Shown piece after piece: positions 39,808 through 55,016 of a stretch of DNA of 64,000 nucleotides. The notes beneath the pieces were generated by a model. It was not told the DNA's origin. It saw only the letters and a program-made list of their open reading frames with translations, and did no database searches. The stretch spans positions 62,001-126,000 of the forward strand of contig CT868070.1 in the NCBI GenBank assembly GCA_000165425.1, given 5' to 3'. Both the position numbers and the translations under genes were made by a program. The first letter of the stretch is position 1. Each line of letters begins with the position of its first letter. This DNA comes from Paramecium tetraurelia. Taxonomy: Eukaryota.

Positions 39808-40907
39808 TCATCTTCCAGACCATGAGGCAACTTATTTCTTGAACATGATGATTACTTCATCCAAAATGGCATTCTCCTCTTGTCTCTTGGCTTTTGCTTC
39901 AGCATAATCAGCTCTCTTGCTTTCTAAGTCAGATTGGGCCTAATCTAAAGCATCTTGTGATTCTTATAAGATGATCTTTGATTTAGCTTATTGAGCTAAG
40001 GCGGCTTGGATTTACTAAACAATATAATGTTGAAATACTTACAGTGGCAGTTCTGTCAGCGAAGACTTATTTTCTTTCGTATTCAACTTCCAATGAGGCA
40101 ATTTCAGCTTCAGATAAGGATACCCATCCAGCCAATTCCCATGAGGCATTGATTTCGTTTTATTTCAAATTTTCTAATGAGGCAGATAATTCTGATTCTA
40201 AGCCTTCTAGGACACCCAAGACTCTTTCAGCCAATGTTTATCCATGTCCAGATGATTCTGAAGCCTAATTGATATATGATTATGATAGATACTTATCCTT
40301 CTTAAGCAAGTGCCATGAAGGTCTTGATTTAGTGTTCTTAGAAGAGGTTGCTGTATTATTTCAATTTCTCTGCAACTGATTGAGCTTAGACTTAAGTGAA
40401 TTCAAAGGAATCTCCATTGATGATGTATCCAGCAACATCTTATTTGAGGAGTCTGATGACTTCCAAAGCTTCTTGGTTATGTTTGATGGACTTAACAAAC
40501 AATTGGTTGGAGAAGCATTAGTTGTCTTAGAGTGTTTCAATTTTGGCAGCAATTGAATCTCTTCTGGCTTCATTCCATGCCAAATGATTTTTGGTTTATT
40601 GAAGAACGTTTTCATACTCGGCTCTGTTTTCAACAGCCTATTGGAACAATTTTTGATTGAGGGCCTTGATTTTACTGAATTATTCAATGGTTTAAGCACC
40701 AACCCATTCGTCTGTCTCGTTCTTTTGGTCTGCTGCGAATTGAGCATCGATGTTTGATTACTTTAAATCGTTAAGCAATCCAAAGACTGTGTCAATGGCA
40801 TCACTGGCCTTTGTTCCTGTTTAAAGTAAGGCCAAGATTTAATCTTTTGTGCTGGTGGCATTTGAGACCACAGCCAATGCAAGAATGATAGCGATGATTC
40901 CTTTCAT
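39808..40907 (-). CDS. Trichocyst matrix protein / granule lattice family precursor
   Basis: Signal peptide MKGIIAIILALAVVSNA; LLQTG, AIDTVFGLLNDL, NEINASWELAGW, KRQEENAILDEVI; two tiny introns; strongly biased codons. Confidence 0.9.
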
Positions 40908-40952
40908 TTATTTATTAAATAAAAAACGACACAATTCAAAAACGATTTAATT

Positions 40953-41460
40953 TCATATTATTTTATATTTCTCATCTCTAAATTTTTTTGCTTGTTCTTT
41001 CATATCCTTATCATAAACTTCAGGGTCTTTGTAAATACTGTTTGCAGGATCATTGAAGGTAGGACTTAGATTTATAACTTTATTCAATACTAATGTATAA
41101 CTTGGTTGATTCCTGAAAAGACATCAATCAAACTAGTGCTAGAAATCCATGTTTCTTTGTTAACCAAGTACAAGCAAAGCCTACCCATTGGAAAAATATT
41201 CACATGTTAAAAACTATTGCGAAAGTTTACTTATGGAGCTTCAACTGGGAACCCATTTAAACTAACATCTGCGATAATGTAGGCACCTATTTCTAATTTA
41301 ATATTCTACCATCATGAACACTACCTTTTTCACCTCTTATTTAAAGTACATAATTATATCGATCAATTCGCTTATACTAAACATTTGGAGGCAGAGCATC
41401 TGAATTTTCTTCAAGCATTTATTCTTCATATTCCATTCTCTTGTTGCTAAACTTAAACAT
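40953..41460 (-). CDS. Divergent ubiquitin/UBL-conjugating enzyme (E2)
   Basis: FPVEAPQVNF, QHVNIFPMGRLCL (catalytic Cys), W, NDPAN; two short introns. Confidence 0.85.
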
Positions 41461-41481
41461 AATTAATAATATCTTTAATTA

Positions 41482-42341
41482 ATGCTCACCAGATCAATAA
41501 ACACTTTAAGGTTGGGCTTGAAGAATCTCTATCAACTCAACCACATCAAAAATTTCCATAATGCCACAGTGGCACATAAAGCATAGGTCATGAATGATGA
41601 ATCCTCATATGTTGTCAAAACTGATCGAATTTACAAACCAACATACACCATTGAGTTCGATAGAATTGGAGAAGTGTTGCTGTAATTGAGTCACTAATCA
41701 TTAGTTATTCATGTGATCCCCATAAACATCTTACAATCTTCCTTAAATATCCATATGTACTTTATGAGACAGCCATTCCATTGTCCGTTTACCTTTGGTT
41801 TAAGAACCCATTAGACATTGCATGGTATTGGAACAACCTTTTCATTTATGCACCATCATTTTTGTGGATTCCAAGAATGTGGTAATAAATCTTTCCATTT
41901 TACATAGGTATTGGAGATCATTGTAATATAAAATACAAAGACTCTCTTTACTCAGAGGTGGCAAAATCTTAAAGATTGAGACAAACACTCTTGCTAATGA
42001 TAAAAACACTTATTGGGTTGAAACATATTAATTCCACCCATTAACAGCTGATTTCACATAATTTGATGATCGCGATAATGCAGATTATTTGACAGAAGAA
42101 GGACAATTAAAATATGAATTAGCATGTCAACTTGATCATATCTAAGAATTGGGTACCACAGTTTAAGACGAAGTTATCTATTTCATGAAAGTATTTGAAT
42201 TATAAATGGAAATAGGAAGGAATAGTTCATCATCCTGAATTATTTGAAGCAGCTACCAAAGGTTATGTGGTTGACACATCCAACTTTGTGATTAATACTG
42301 CCCATAATATCAGAGCATTTGAAGGTCATCACAATCAATGA
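41482..42341 (+). CDS. Putative mitochondrial inner-membrane protein (TMEM70/186/223-like)
   Basis: Basic presequence MLTRSINTLRLGLK; two hydrophobic segments followed by IQRLSLLRGGKILKIET; three tiny introns. Family call is by motif resemblance only. Confidence 0.6.
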
Positions 42342-42401
42342 AATAAACCATTACATTATAAAATCATTCAAGAATATTACATACTTAACATGTACAATAA
42401 T

Positions 42402-44607
<2,206 letters not shown>

Positions 44608-45037
44608 TAATATTTTAATTTAAATAAAAATTAACAAAATAGATATACATATATCATTATGCCTCTCTTTTATCAAAATCCTTTCATTTTAATAAACCTA
44701 AAAATAGACTCATTGTTCATATCCTGACACAATGGTCGAATAAGCATATAATGATTATCGAGATATTAAATTAGTATACACTTAATATTTGAATTAGTTT
44801 TAGATCATATTATATAAGTTTAAACTAAAAGATGTGAATAAAATTCAGTAAAATTAATAACAAATAAGCAATAAACAATTGGGATTATTTGCCATCTCTT
44901 GTAATGACAAATTATTTTGAATATATTTGTTAAATTCATGAATAAATTGAGGTAATTATCACATTGATTCTAATCTTTTTTATTAAGTTCTAGCACTATC
45001 CACAGTTCTAGCTGTATATAGTAGAATATCTGATTAA

Positions 45038-45635
45038 TCATGTCTAATCGAGAGAATAAACTGATTTAATTCAAAGTTGTTCTTTTTGAGCTCAATTCGC
45101 ACACATTCCTTGAGAAGGTAGAGAAACTTAATCAAGTAATTCATTTCCAAAAAATTGTCATATTCTACGCTATATTACTCATTCAATAATCTGTATCTTA
45201 TTTGAAAATGTTCTTAGACCCACCAAACATCCACAGGAGTTAGATCCCCCATTTCGAAAGTCTTAATACATAATAACACTTCAATATAAGTCTTTTGTAT
45301 ATTTAATATAATACGATTAGGATGATTTTGCCTAAAATACTTCCAAATTTATTGAACTTCCTTAAAGATTATGTGTGAACATAATTGAAATGGTTAAGCA
45401 ATTCATCTTGCTCTTGAGTTCTAGTCTTATTAGAATTTAGAAATTGCACTATTTCTCCAATTAAAGTTAGACTTAATCCTTTTTCAATGATTCGGCAAGA
45501 ATTCAATTTAGTGTTGATAAGACTATCAATATCAGGGTGTGAATGCATAGGAACATTGTAGAAATACATAACCAACCGTAATAAAGGTTTTTCTCTTTGT
45601 AGAACTTTATTATTGCTTTGAGTACAAGTTCCCAT
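45038..45635 (-). CDS. Hypothetical protein with N-terminal MGTC acylation motif
   Basis: MGTCTQSNNK... frame with one tiny intron (~45293-45315), TGA at 45038-45040. Confidence 0.65.
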
Positions 45636-47878
45636 TATTATTTAATTAAATAAAATAGTTCATGAAGGTTTGCTCATGAAAATACTCATAGAATGATTCA
45701 TCTTTAAAGAACAAACAAAGCTAATCAGGCCCTAAACTTTTCATCCTCAAATTATAAAAAGTGATGTTCTTAATCAAAGAATAAAAACAGTACTCAAATA
45801 TAAACTATAAAATAAAGAAAACATACTAATGAATGAATTTAAATACTATACAGATAGTAATTTCAAATGGCATTAGTCTATCATAAACAAATCATTCGCT
45901 CGAACATTTTAAAAAATAAAATTTTTATTAAGATAATAAGTTCTCATTAATAGGAACAAAATTGTGTAAAGGAATAGAATTGTTTGATAGAATTAAAGCA
46001 GAGATATGTTTTAAGAAGGGAAAGTTGCTAAACAATTAAGCAAATATTATCTTCAATTATTGTCATTTTGAAAAGATTGTCACAGGTGTTAGAATAAACC
46101 ATAGAATCTGTCCTACAAGTATAAGCTCTTTGCTCAAAATATTGATATTGGTACTACAAGGGGAATTTATTCCAAATTCATAGTTACATAGGAATTATGA
46201 ATCTCAAATAAAATTGCAAACCGAATCAAAGTCGGAAATTGAATGAGAAGGAATTGTTGACAGGATATGACATGATTTTGAAACTAGTGTTAAGCAACAG
46301 AAGAAAAAGCCTATAATATATATTAATATGGAATTAAATATTATGTATTATATTATATATTAACTTCACTAATAGATTTACCATATTCTTATAATTTTAA
46401 TGTATTTAAATTGAGCTTGTTTTTGTTAAAATTAAGAGAGAATAATTTTTATCCAAAAGAGTATATTAATTACTTTTAGGAGGCTTTAAAAAGTGGATAT
46501 TATATCATATTTGATTAAAGTGTTTCGACTAACAGGTCTTGATGGAGATATTTAGTAGAATTTTAGTAGAGAAGCAAAAACATCTGGTATAAAAAGTTAG
46601 ACTTAGATTTGATGAAAAGATCTCATTTGAAGAATTTTCTCCATATGAAAAGATAAAGTGATACGATGAGGCGTACATACATCATTCATTTATTTAACAA
46701 TATTATTAATTAATACTAAATTAAATAATCATTTATCTCTAAATTCGTCAAAAACTGCAAAACCTAAATTTAGAACTATTATATTTTATTCTATTTTTCA
46801 ATGCTACTTACTTAAGTTCAACAGAGACATAATTCATTTGCTTCAGTATTTACACAACAACACAATATATCAAAAATAAATCCATCAATGTATTGTAATA
46901 TAAATTTGAATACTTGATTGAGATTATATATAGCATATCAATAATTATTTTTAAATTAAAAGAAATTTATTGTTAAATAATTATAATAATTTAATGTTAT
47001 TATGCTAAATTACTTAATTCTCTTAAATTTAATAGCATGAAACTTAAAAACACCTAAAATATTTTTTACTAATCAATGCTAAATTTGGATCATTAAATAT
47101 TTTTATATATTATTATTATGTTTCTCTCAACATCGAATAATCTCAACACAGAATAACCTAATATACAAAGTATAAAGGGAATGATTAAGGTTGATTCCTA
47201 AAAGTGGTATAATTTATAAACATAAAACAAGTGAATTAAATGCCTACTATATTTAAAATAATGGATAGATTGATTTATAATAACAGCGATATGGTACATT
47301 ATTTCATAAAACTGCCTCTAGAATCAGAATAGGTTGAAATTTTTTTCATAAAATATGCCTATTGAAAATAACCACAAAGTACAACATATCTTTAAAACTT
47401 GTGAGAATATCTCTAGATAATTGTAAAAATTAGAAGAGAACCATATTGATCATTTTAATTGAATGATTTAAAAAGTTGGTTTTAAAAATGAAATTGAAAA
47501 TTTTGTCTAAAATTCAATGATAATATATGTTATTTTGAACTTGATATGCTGGGATATTTAATTTATGATACAATCTTAAAGAAGATATTAACAAAAATAT
47601 TGATGAAGTGTATAGTGCTCTGAGCTATTTAGAAATATTTATAAAAAAGTAATATGAAAAAGTTAGATAAGATATTGACTTAAATTTATAGTTTCTCAAA
47701 TCTGAGTTTATTTTTGTTGTTAAGGCTGATGGATGGTGTAGAATCACTTTTTAATTATTTGCTAAATCCATGCAGATTAGTGTATTTAATTAATAAAAAA
47801 AATGAATCTTATTTAAATTAAAAAGCACTATTTTTCAAATTTTGTTTTATAAATATAATAACATAAGATTCTTTTATT

Positions 47879-48627
47879 ATGTCTAAATAAGAGGGTGTCT
47901 ATGAGCAGCAAAAACAAGTTAGAAAATACTAAAAGATCAATAAAGAAGAAAGGAGAGTGGTACTAGAATTGCTTATCAAAGACAAACTATCCCTTTAAGA
48001 GGTATCAAACTTGCAAAAAATATCAACATCTCCTCCTAATATATATGATATTTTAAACATTATTTAATATAGGTAGCAAATAAACTAAAACTAAAATACT
48101 GTACAGTTCGCACAATTCAAAAAACATACGAAAAAGATGGTCGTATAGGGAAAAAGGAAAAAAGAAAGAAAAAGCTGAAGGTTTAGAATATCCTTAAAAT
48201 ATCGATAGTAAATCCATTCACTTTTTAATTATCACATCCTATTGTATCATCTGAAGTTAGCTAAGTAAATTTTAATATTATTTTATAGATATATATGGAT
48301 AAGCAACCTACAGATGAAGACTAAGTAATGTTGGCAAAAGAATAACATTGTCTACTTCAATCCTAATGCTAGAAACTCTATCTCATACTAACTTAATAAT
48401 TCTAAAAAGCTGTTGAAAATTCAAATCCACTTTATAAGACTACGCTCCAAAATTTATTGTAGGCATCCCAATTAGTAATAAGGTAACTTCTAGAAGTTAA
48501 ACAATAAATTAATGTAAAACAAGAGCATGAACCTCCTTCTCCAAATCAAACTTAATATCCGTTTCCTATCTAACATAATCTATTTTAATCCTAATTCGGC
48601 TTTGTATTACCAAGAATCAACACTTGA
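47879..48627 (+). CDS. Homeodomain-like HTH DNA-binding protein
   Basis: KYQKINKEERRVVLELL...SLQE|VANKLKLKYCTVRTIQKTYEKDGRIGKK, joined by a 71-nt intron 48002-48072; second tiny intron ~48265-48288; Q/P-rich tail. Confidence 0.8.
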
Positions 48628-50172
48628 TTACATAATGTTAATGCTATTAAATAAAATAATTTATTTTTTATTAAATTAGTTGTAACAACTTTTTAAATTT
48701 ATAAATATTTGCTCTCCATTTCCTCTAAATTGAACTGTAAAATTCACCCTAAACACTTTCTACCAAATTTTGAATATTCCTAAATCATTTACCACAAATT
48801 AAAAATATCAATCCTCTCATATCACTGTATTATTTAATATAATTAATTACTTAATTAAAATCAACCCATATTTCCCTAATAACACTTATAAAAATAAACT
48901 TGATCTCTCATTGTTCAAGTCTTCATTCAAGTAGGAAAATACAGTTTCAACTTTCCTTAAAACTTCGACTTTTAGGTAAAAATCACTTCTTAAACAATCC
49001 TTATTTACTTTATGTCATTCTTTTATATTCTTTTTTTTCCATCTTCTTTTCAATTACCCAAGCAAATATTGTCATGTATTAGAACTGCTGAACTTCATTA
49101 GAACTTACTCTTTATTCGCATTCCTCTTTGATTTTCACCCATAAAAAACGAATCTCTGTGGTTTTTTTAACATGTATAATATTAATATAATCTCAAGTTT
49201 TTCAACCATTTCTATTTGATCATTTCTTATTCATTTCATTAATACCAAATAATGTTAGAGGTTAGTGTATTTTAGAAATTTTCTTCAACAAAAGTAAAAA
49301 CCATAATTTTGTTTTAGATTATTTATTTATACAACAATAATAACTAGAACTCAATAGAATAGATGAAAATTATTTAAAGTGTGTTTCTAATCATATACTC
49401 ATAATAAATAATAAATTTCACTTTTTACTGAACCATTACGATAAAATAAAATATATATATAAGTGAAAATTCCTTTATTTGATTAACAATAGAGTTATTT
49501 CTAACATCTTTATCAGTATTTTGATACCTTACCAACATTGAGCAATTATACAAAGTTTAGAATCAGCTTGAGTAACCATGATAGATTAAAGGAAATTCAT
49601 AATTTAGTTTTATTACTAGTAACTTAATAAAATATAATATGATGATCATATAAACGCATAATTTTTATTCTAAACATGGCACAAGGCAGGACTTTATGAA
49701 TATTTAACAAAATTATTTCTTACAATATTTTTTAATTTAAAACAACATCATAGGCTTACAACAAAATACTCCATTATTAATCAGTTGTGACAATAAATAA
49801 TTGTAGAATATATAGCCATCATGATTAATATATATATATTTATGTACTTATGTATTTTTAAGAATAAATGAATTAGATAAATTTATGAGAAATAATATAT
49901 TATGGCTGGATTTTCTAAGATAAATCCCAGATTAAGGGTATATTATTATGAATTAGAATATTTTAAGTTCAAAAATTATATTTTATTTATGCACTTTAAA
50001 TTTATAAAGAAAACTAGTTTTAAAGTAGTTTTGTTATTCCTAAACCAAATATTCTGATTATGACACAGCCTTCAATATGAAATAATAATTGATAACTGTT
50101 TTTGCTTCCTTTTATTTTATTTTGTGTATTTAATAGCGAAAATTGCTATTATTAAAATTTATAAAATCGAGA

Positions 50173-50921
50173 ATGGTATTGCAACAAATTTTCAATATGC
50201 CACCTTTGACTGGAATTATTGTTTTCATTAGTGCAATATTAAGTTATGCTACCTATGTTTAGTATGTGAAACCTTCAAGCCTATATTTAAATTATAAATT
50301 AGCCTTTTCGGATTCATTCTAAGTAATTGGAAATATATTATGAATAGCCATGGAGGGCACTAACAAGCATTTTATATTTTGGAAATTTAAATTTAATAAC
50401 AATAATGCGTCTATTTTTCTTGTAAATATAGAATATTGAGAAATAGTCAATCGATATCATCATCTTTAGAAATGCATACTTTTGCAGGTTTTGCAAACTA
50501 TCTATATTATTTGTTATTGAATTTCATCGTTATTACGTTGTTGGGATTATGGATGAATGAGTATTCATTAACAGAATTTTTAATTGAAGCTCTGATGTAT
50601 GTTTGGGGTAGGAAAAATGAATAAAGACCATTACTATGTAAACTTTTGCGTCTATTTAGTCTTATTTTTCATTCAAATCCAGGCATAATACATGGTTTGG
50701 TTTCTACTTTTCTTGAATCTGATAAGTGGAAAATCAATACAATCTAATTTGGTAGGAGTTATGATTGGACATACTTTTTATTACTTTGCTTTCATTGTTC
50801 CAAATTTACCAAGATTCAAAGGATTATAATTATTATCTACTCCAAAATTCTTGTAATATCTTATAATTATGATAGAATAAACATTTGTAAATACTTTGAG
50901 AGGTAGAATCAACTATAATGA
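50173..50921 (+). CDS. Derlin (Der1-like ERAD rhomboid pseudoprotease)
   Basis: MPPLT, QPWRALTSILYFG, YVWGRKN, GVMIGHTFYY, STPKFL; several tiny introns. Confidence 0.9.
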
Positions 50922-50959
50922 ATTGATAATAAGACTTTGATTTGTATTATAAATAATTA

Positions 50960-52505
50960 ATGAAAAATATTAAATTTTCTTAAGATTACACTACTGATAG
51001 CTTGGGAATTTCCAGAACAACATTATCAAAGACCCAAATATCTCTAAATAAAGCTCTAAATTTAAAAGAATTACGTCAACCTTAAACAGACAGAACAGAG
51101 AGTAATCATCAAACTCCTCTTGCTCATTTACCTGAATTGAAGATGAAACAAACCAAATCTTAAAGGAAGATAGGATAACGCCTTACGAAAAAATGTACTA
51201 GATAAAGTGATTTCTTTAACGTTTATAAGGCTCCTGAAACCTTATAGACTAATTCTGATACCCTCAAAAAATAATCTCGGATCTACAAAATGACCTAATA
51301 TATCATTCAATAATATAATGAAGACCTTAAAGCCATTAGAGATAGCTAAGACTACGATGAGGCTACTGCTGATCTGAAAGTATCAAGGTACTTAACAGAA
51401 GCATGGCTAAGCATAGAATAACTTATATAAAATTTAACTGGCTTACTAGCCTATAAATTTAATAGATAAGAGTGCGAATAATAAATGAAAGAGATACTAC
51501 TCGATTGTTTTAAATAAAAGAACATTTGCGTACATCAACGAATTCTTTACATTTTTGGAAAAATAGAATAATTATTTTATAACCCTATATAAGGAGCCAT
51601 TTATTTCAAAATCTGTAAAAGATTGTCAGATACTGATGCTCATTACAGTAATAAAATGAAGGCCTACAGAGGTTTGGGTGAATGTCTACTGAGAATCTAT
51701 CCAAAACTAAGTCAATTGTACTTCACTAAATATTTGATGGCAGCTTGGAAACTCAAACAAAAGAATGATGAATTGCTTGCCTATGAATTGTTAGGAAAGT
51801 ACTATTTTTATGTTGGATAAATCGAAAAAGCAAAACTTTTTCATGAAAGAATGATTAATGGCAATTGTGAGGTAATCTCTATTCTGTTATTAGGATGAAA
51901 ATTCAAGAGTCCGATTGCTAGCCTTGAGTCGATTGGAATAAGGGAGTCTATCAAATAAAATAAACAAAGACCATCTAATTGTCGATATAGAATAGGTATC
52001 TTCTGATGATGAATGCTATGAAATTGTATTTCCTTAAAAGTCAGACAATATTCAGCAGAAATATTATGTTGAAAAATACTTTCAAAAGAAAATACCAGAC
52101 ATTAAGATAATTAAGGATGAAGCAAACTTAAATATTCGATAAACTGAAAGGAAATACAATTCTTAATTTCTCGTTAATGAAAATTTTGAACCGTTCAGAG
52201 TCATTGTTTCTAATCCTCATCAAAGCATAGGTTCAATTAAGGATAAAGTTTTGATGAGCCATATGACACCTAATAGAAAATTGGAAATGTACTAATACAT
52301 AGCTTTGGCCAGTGATAAGACTGGGTTTAATAACTCCCCAAGATATGAAGGCCTATATAATAAGTATGAAGGGATCAAATTTAATAAAATTATAAACAGA
52401 ACTATTGAATAATTCAATAATATCCAATAATGGATAGTTTCTTAGGAAAAGACTCCTACCTTACCCTAACCACCAATAAGACGAAAGGGCTACTTTTTAG
52501 TCTGA
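50960..52505 (+). CDS. TPR-like repeat protein
   Basis: KMKAYRGLGECL, ELLAYELLGKYYFYVGQIEKAKLFH; tiny introns; TGA 52503-52505. Confidence 0.75.
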
Positions 52506-52758
52506 TGATATATGTTTATTTAATACTATATTTATTATTTTAGTGCTTTAATAACATTTGCTTTATAAATAGAATGTAATTAACCTATACCTTTATAATT
52601 TTATAACAAGAAAGAGTTTGTAAAATAGTATATATAACTTAGAAAAAAACGGAGTATAATAAAAATGAGTTAGAATTAGAAATTTTGAACTTGTTTCTTA
52701 TATCCTATAGGTTTGTGATTAGATTTTACTTCCAAATAATAAATCTATAATAATAATA

Positions 52759-53559
52759 TCATTGTTATTCTGCTATCATCTATTCTATTTTCTTTCTCTC
52801 CTCTTCAGTATCCTCATCTTGAGGTTTTTCTACATTCTCACCTATTTATCCATCAGAAATCTGATAATTTTCTGGGAAATAAACTTTTAGATCCTTAATT
52901 TCATTACACAATGCTATCTTAGATTTTGTTTTTTCACTTAAAAATGGTCTTACAACAGTCATAATAGATTTAACTAAAAAATTTGGATAAAGAATAAATA
53001 ATTGATGTAGTCTCTCTGCATAATTATCTTAAACCAAAGTGACCATTTTCTTCATTATAGTAAACATAGATGAATCAAAATTTTTTGATGTAACACCTTC
53101 TCTATCCCAAATCACGCTAATCTTACCAGTACCAGCTTAATCAGCTTTCTATATTCCTTAATCAATCATATATAAAAAAAACCTGATTAATGTCTCAGGA
53201 TTGCTTTGACCAGGAAAATGTCTCTTTGCCTTCACAACCAAACATGGATTACCTAATTTATCAGATCCATTCCAAAAGGCTTTGTTTAAATTTATTTCCT
53301 ATTGAATTTCTTCAATCTTGATATCATCTGCTCTATACTGTTTTCTCCATTCAACCCATCTTTTCCATTAATCAAATGAATCATTGACCTTCCATTCTCT
53401 AGCAATCAACAATCTAATTAAGTGATCTTCATTAGAATATTTTTAGACTAAATCCTCTCTTACTAATTTTGGGACTTCTACTTTAACTCTCTCTTGCAAG
53501 GATATCAATTTTTAAGGTTGATCCCCAGTTAATATTATCTTATTCTTTGGTTAATCCAT
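52759..53559 (-). CDS. CRAL-TRIO (Sec14-like) lipid-binding protein
   Basis: LIRLLIAREWKV, GSDKLGNPC, VIWDREG, QDNYAERL, VRPFLSEKTKSKI. Confidence 0.93.
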
Positions 53560-53641
53560 TCTCTTAATAGATTTATATTATTTGCAATAATTAAATAATT
53601 AATATTTAGGTTTTATTTTATAAAGATATAAAGTCTAAAGT

Positions 53642-54979
53642 TCAACTTCTGAAAGTGCTTTCCTCTGTTATAACTTAAAATTTTTGGAATGTATTCTAAA
53701 TACTATCCATGTAATATTTTGGTTTAATCTCACTTTAGCTGTCATTTAAATGATATCTAAATATTTAACAAATATTGTACATATCATCTTTTGGAGAATT
53801 TGTGAATTCATTTGTAATAATTTCTTCTTGAACTTCTTTTTTTTTACTTTGTTTAGGAACACTATCTTAGTCGATTTTATAAAGCAAAGTTTATAAATTT
53901 TAAATTTCGAAGTGTTGATTAAGAATTGTCTTTTATTAAGACTCAATTTGTTTCTTTTGTATTTGAACAACCTGCTTTAATTTTGTGATTTCCTTAGTAT
54001 TGAGATTATCAGAATACGCTGTTTTTAACTACTTTTCATTCAATTAATTAGAATTGCATTAAATATTATCAAATTAATGATCTAATCTCTATTATTGATC
54101 AAAATTCTATAAGGAATCCATCACTTCATTTTATAATGAGAGCTTTCTATTTCTAATATCCTTATCAACTCTATTGCTTATATTCGTTTTTACTCTTTCA
54201 GTTGATTATTAATAAAATAATTCATTTACAAATTGATTTAGTTCTGATATTTACTTCTGTAAAGAATTTTCTGTCTATTAAAACTATTTTTTTTAGAGAT
54301 CTATTTAATCTTTTAGACAATTTATTTAATCCTATTGATTTGTTTGAGGGGCATTAGGTTGATTTTCTTTATCAACTTTAGTTTTAGTATATGATCCCTA
54401 TTTAATGATACTTAATAATTATTGATTTTCTGATTTATAAAACATTATTAGTTTATCATTTTTTACATTTTAATTTTTAAGTTCATGTAGTTCATTGTTA
54501 TAATCACTATTTGAGTTTGATAATTATTCACACATTTTTTCAATGGTTTAATTTAATTATTAAACGTCTTTTTCTAGTTAGGAGATTAAGATCTACTAGT
54601 TGGCATTTTGAAATTATAATTAAGAGATATTTTTATTTAAATCCGCAATGATTTATGTTTTTAATTAGATCTCATTTTTGAGTTGGATTTCTTCCGATTT
54701 ACTTGTAACATAAATGGAAGAAATATTTTGAATAGAGTCAATAATTTTAGTGTTCTCTGTTGTTGATAAATGATTCATAGAGTTATTTTTTGAATGCTTA
54801 ATAGATTCAATTTTATTTCCTGAGGTTTTCAATTTCTCATTCTTCTAAAACTATTTGGGTAAACTACTAGCTTTAGATACCAACATTAGATTACTTTGTA
54901 CCTTTTTCACTTGTGATGCGTCTTAGATTGTAGTTGAAATAAGTGGTTCTTATCTCTTAATAATTTTAGAGGGAATCAT
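53642..54979 (-). CDS. Hypothetical coiled-coil protein (~445 aa)
   Basis: MIPSKIIKRQEPL...ESTFRS-TGA; Q/K/E-rich heptad composition. Confidence 0.7.
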
Positions 54980-55016
54980 TAACGATAATTTATATTTTTA
55001 ATATAAATAAATATGA

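Noticed and set aside
45662..46280. Possible gene divergent from 45635
   Set aside because: No consistent frame could be built with normal introns; left as a possible remnant.
47879..48180. HTH resembling a Tc1/mariner transposase N-terminus
   Set aside because: No DDE domain, terminal inverted repeats or target duplication; spliced host-type gene.
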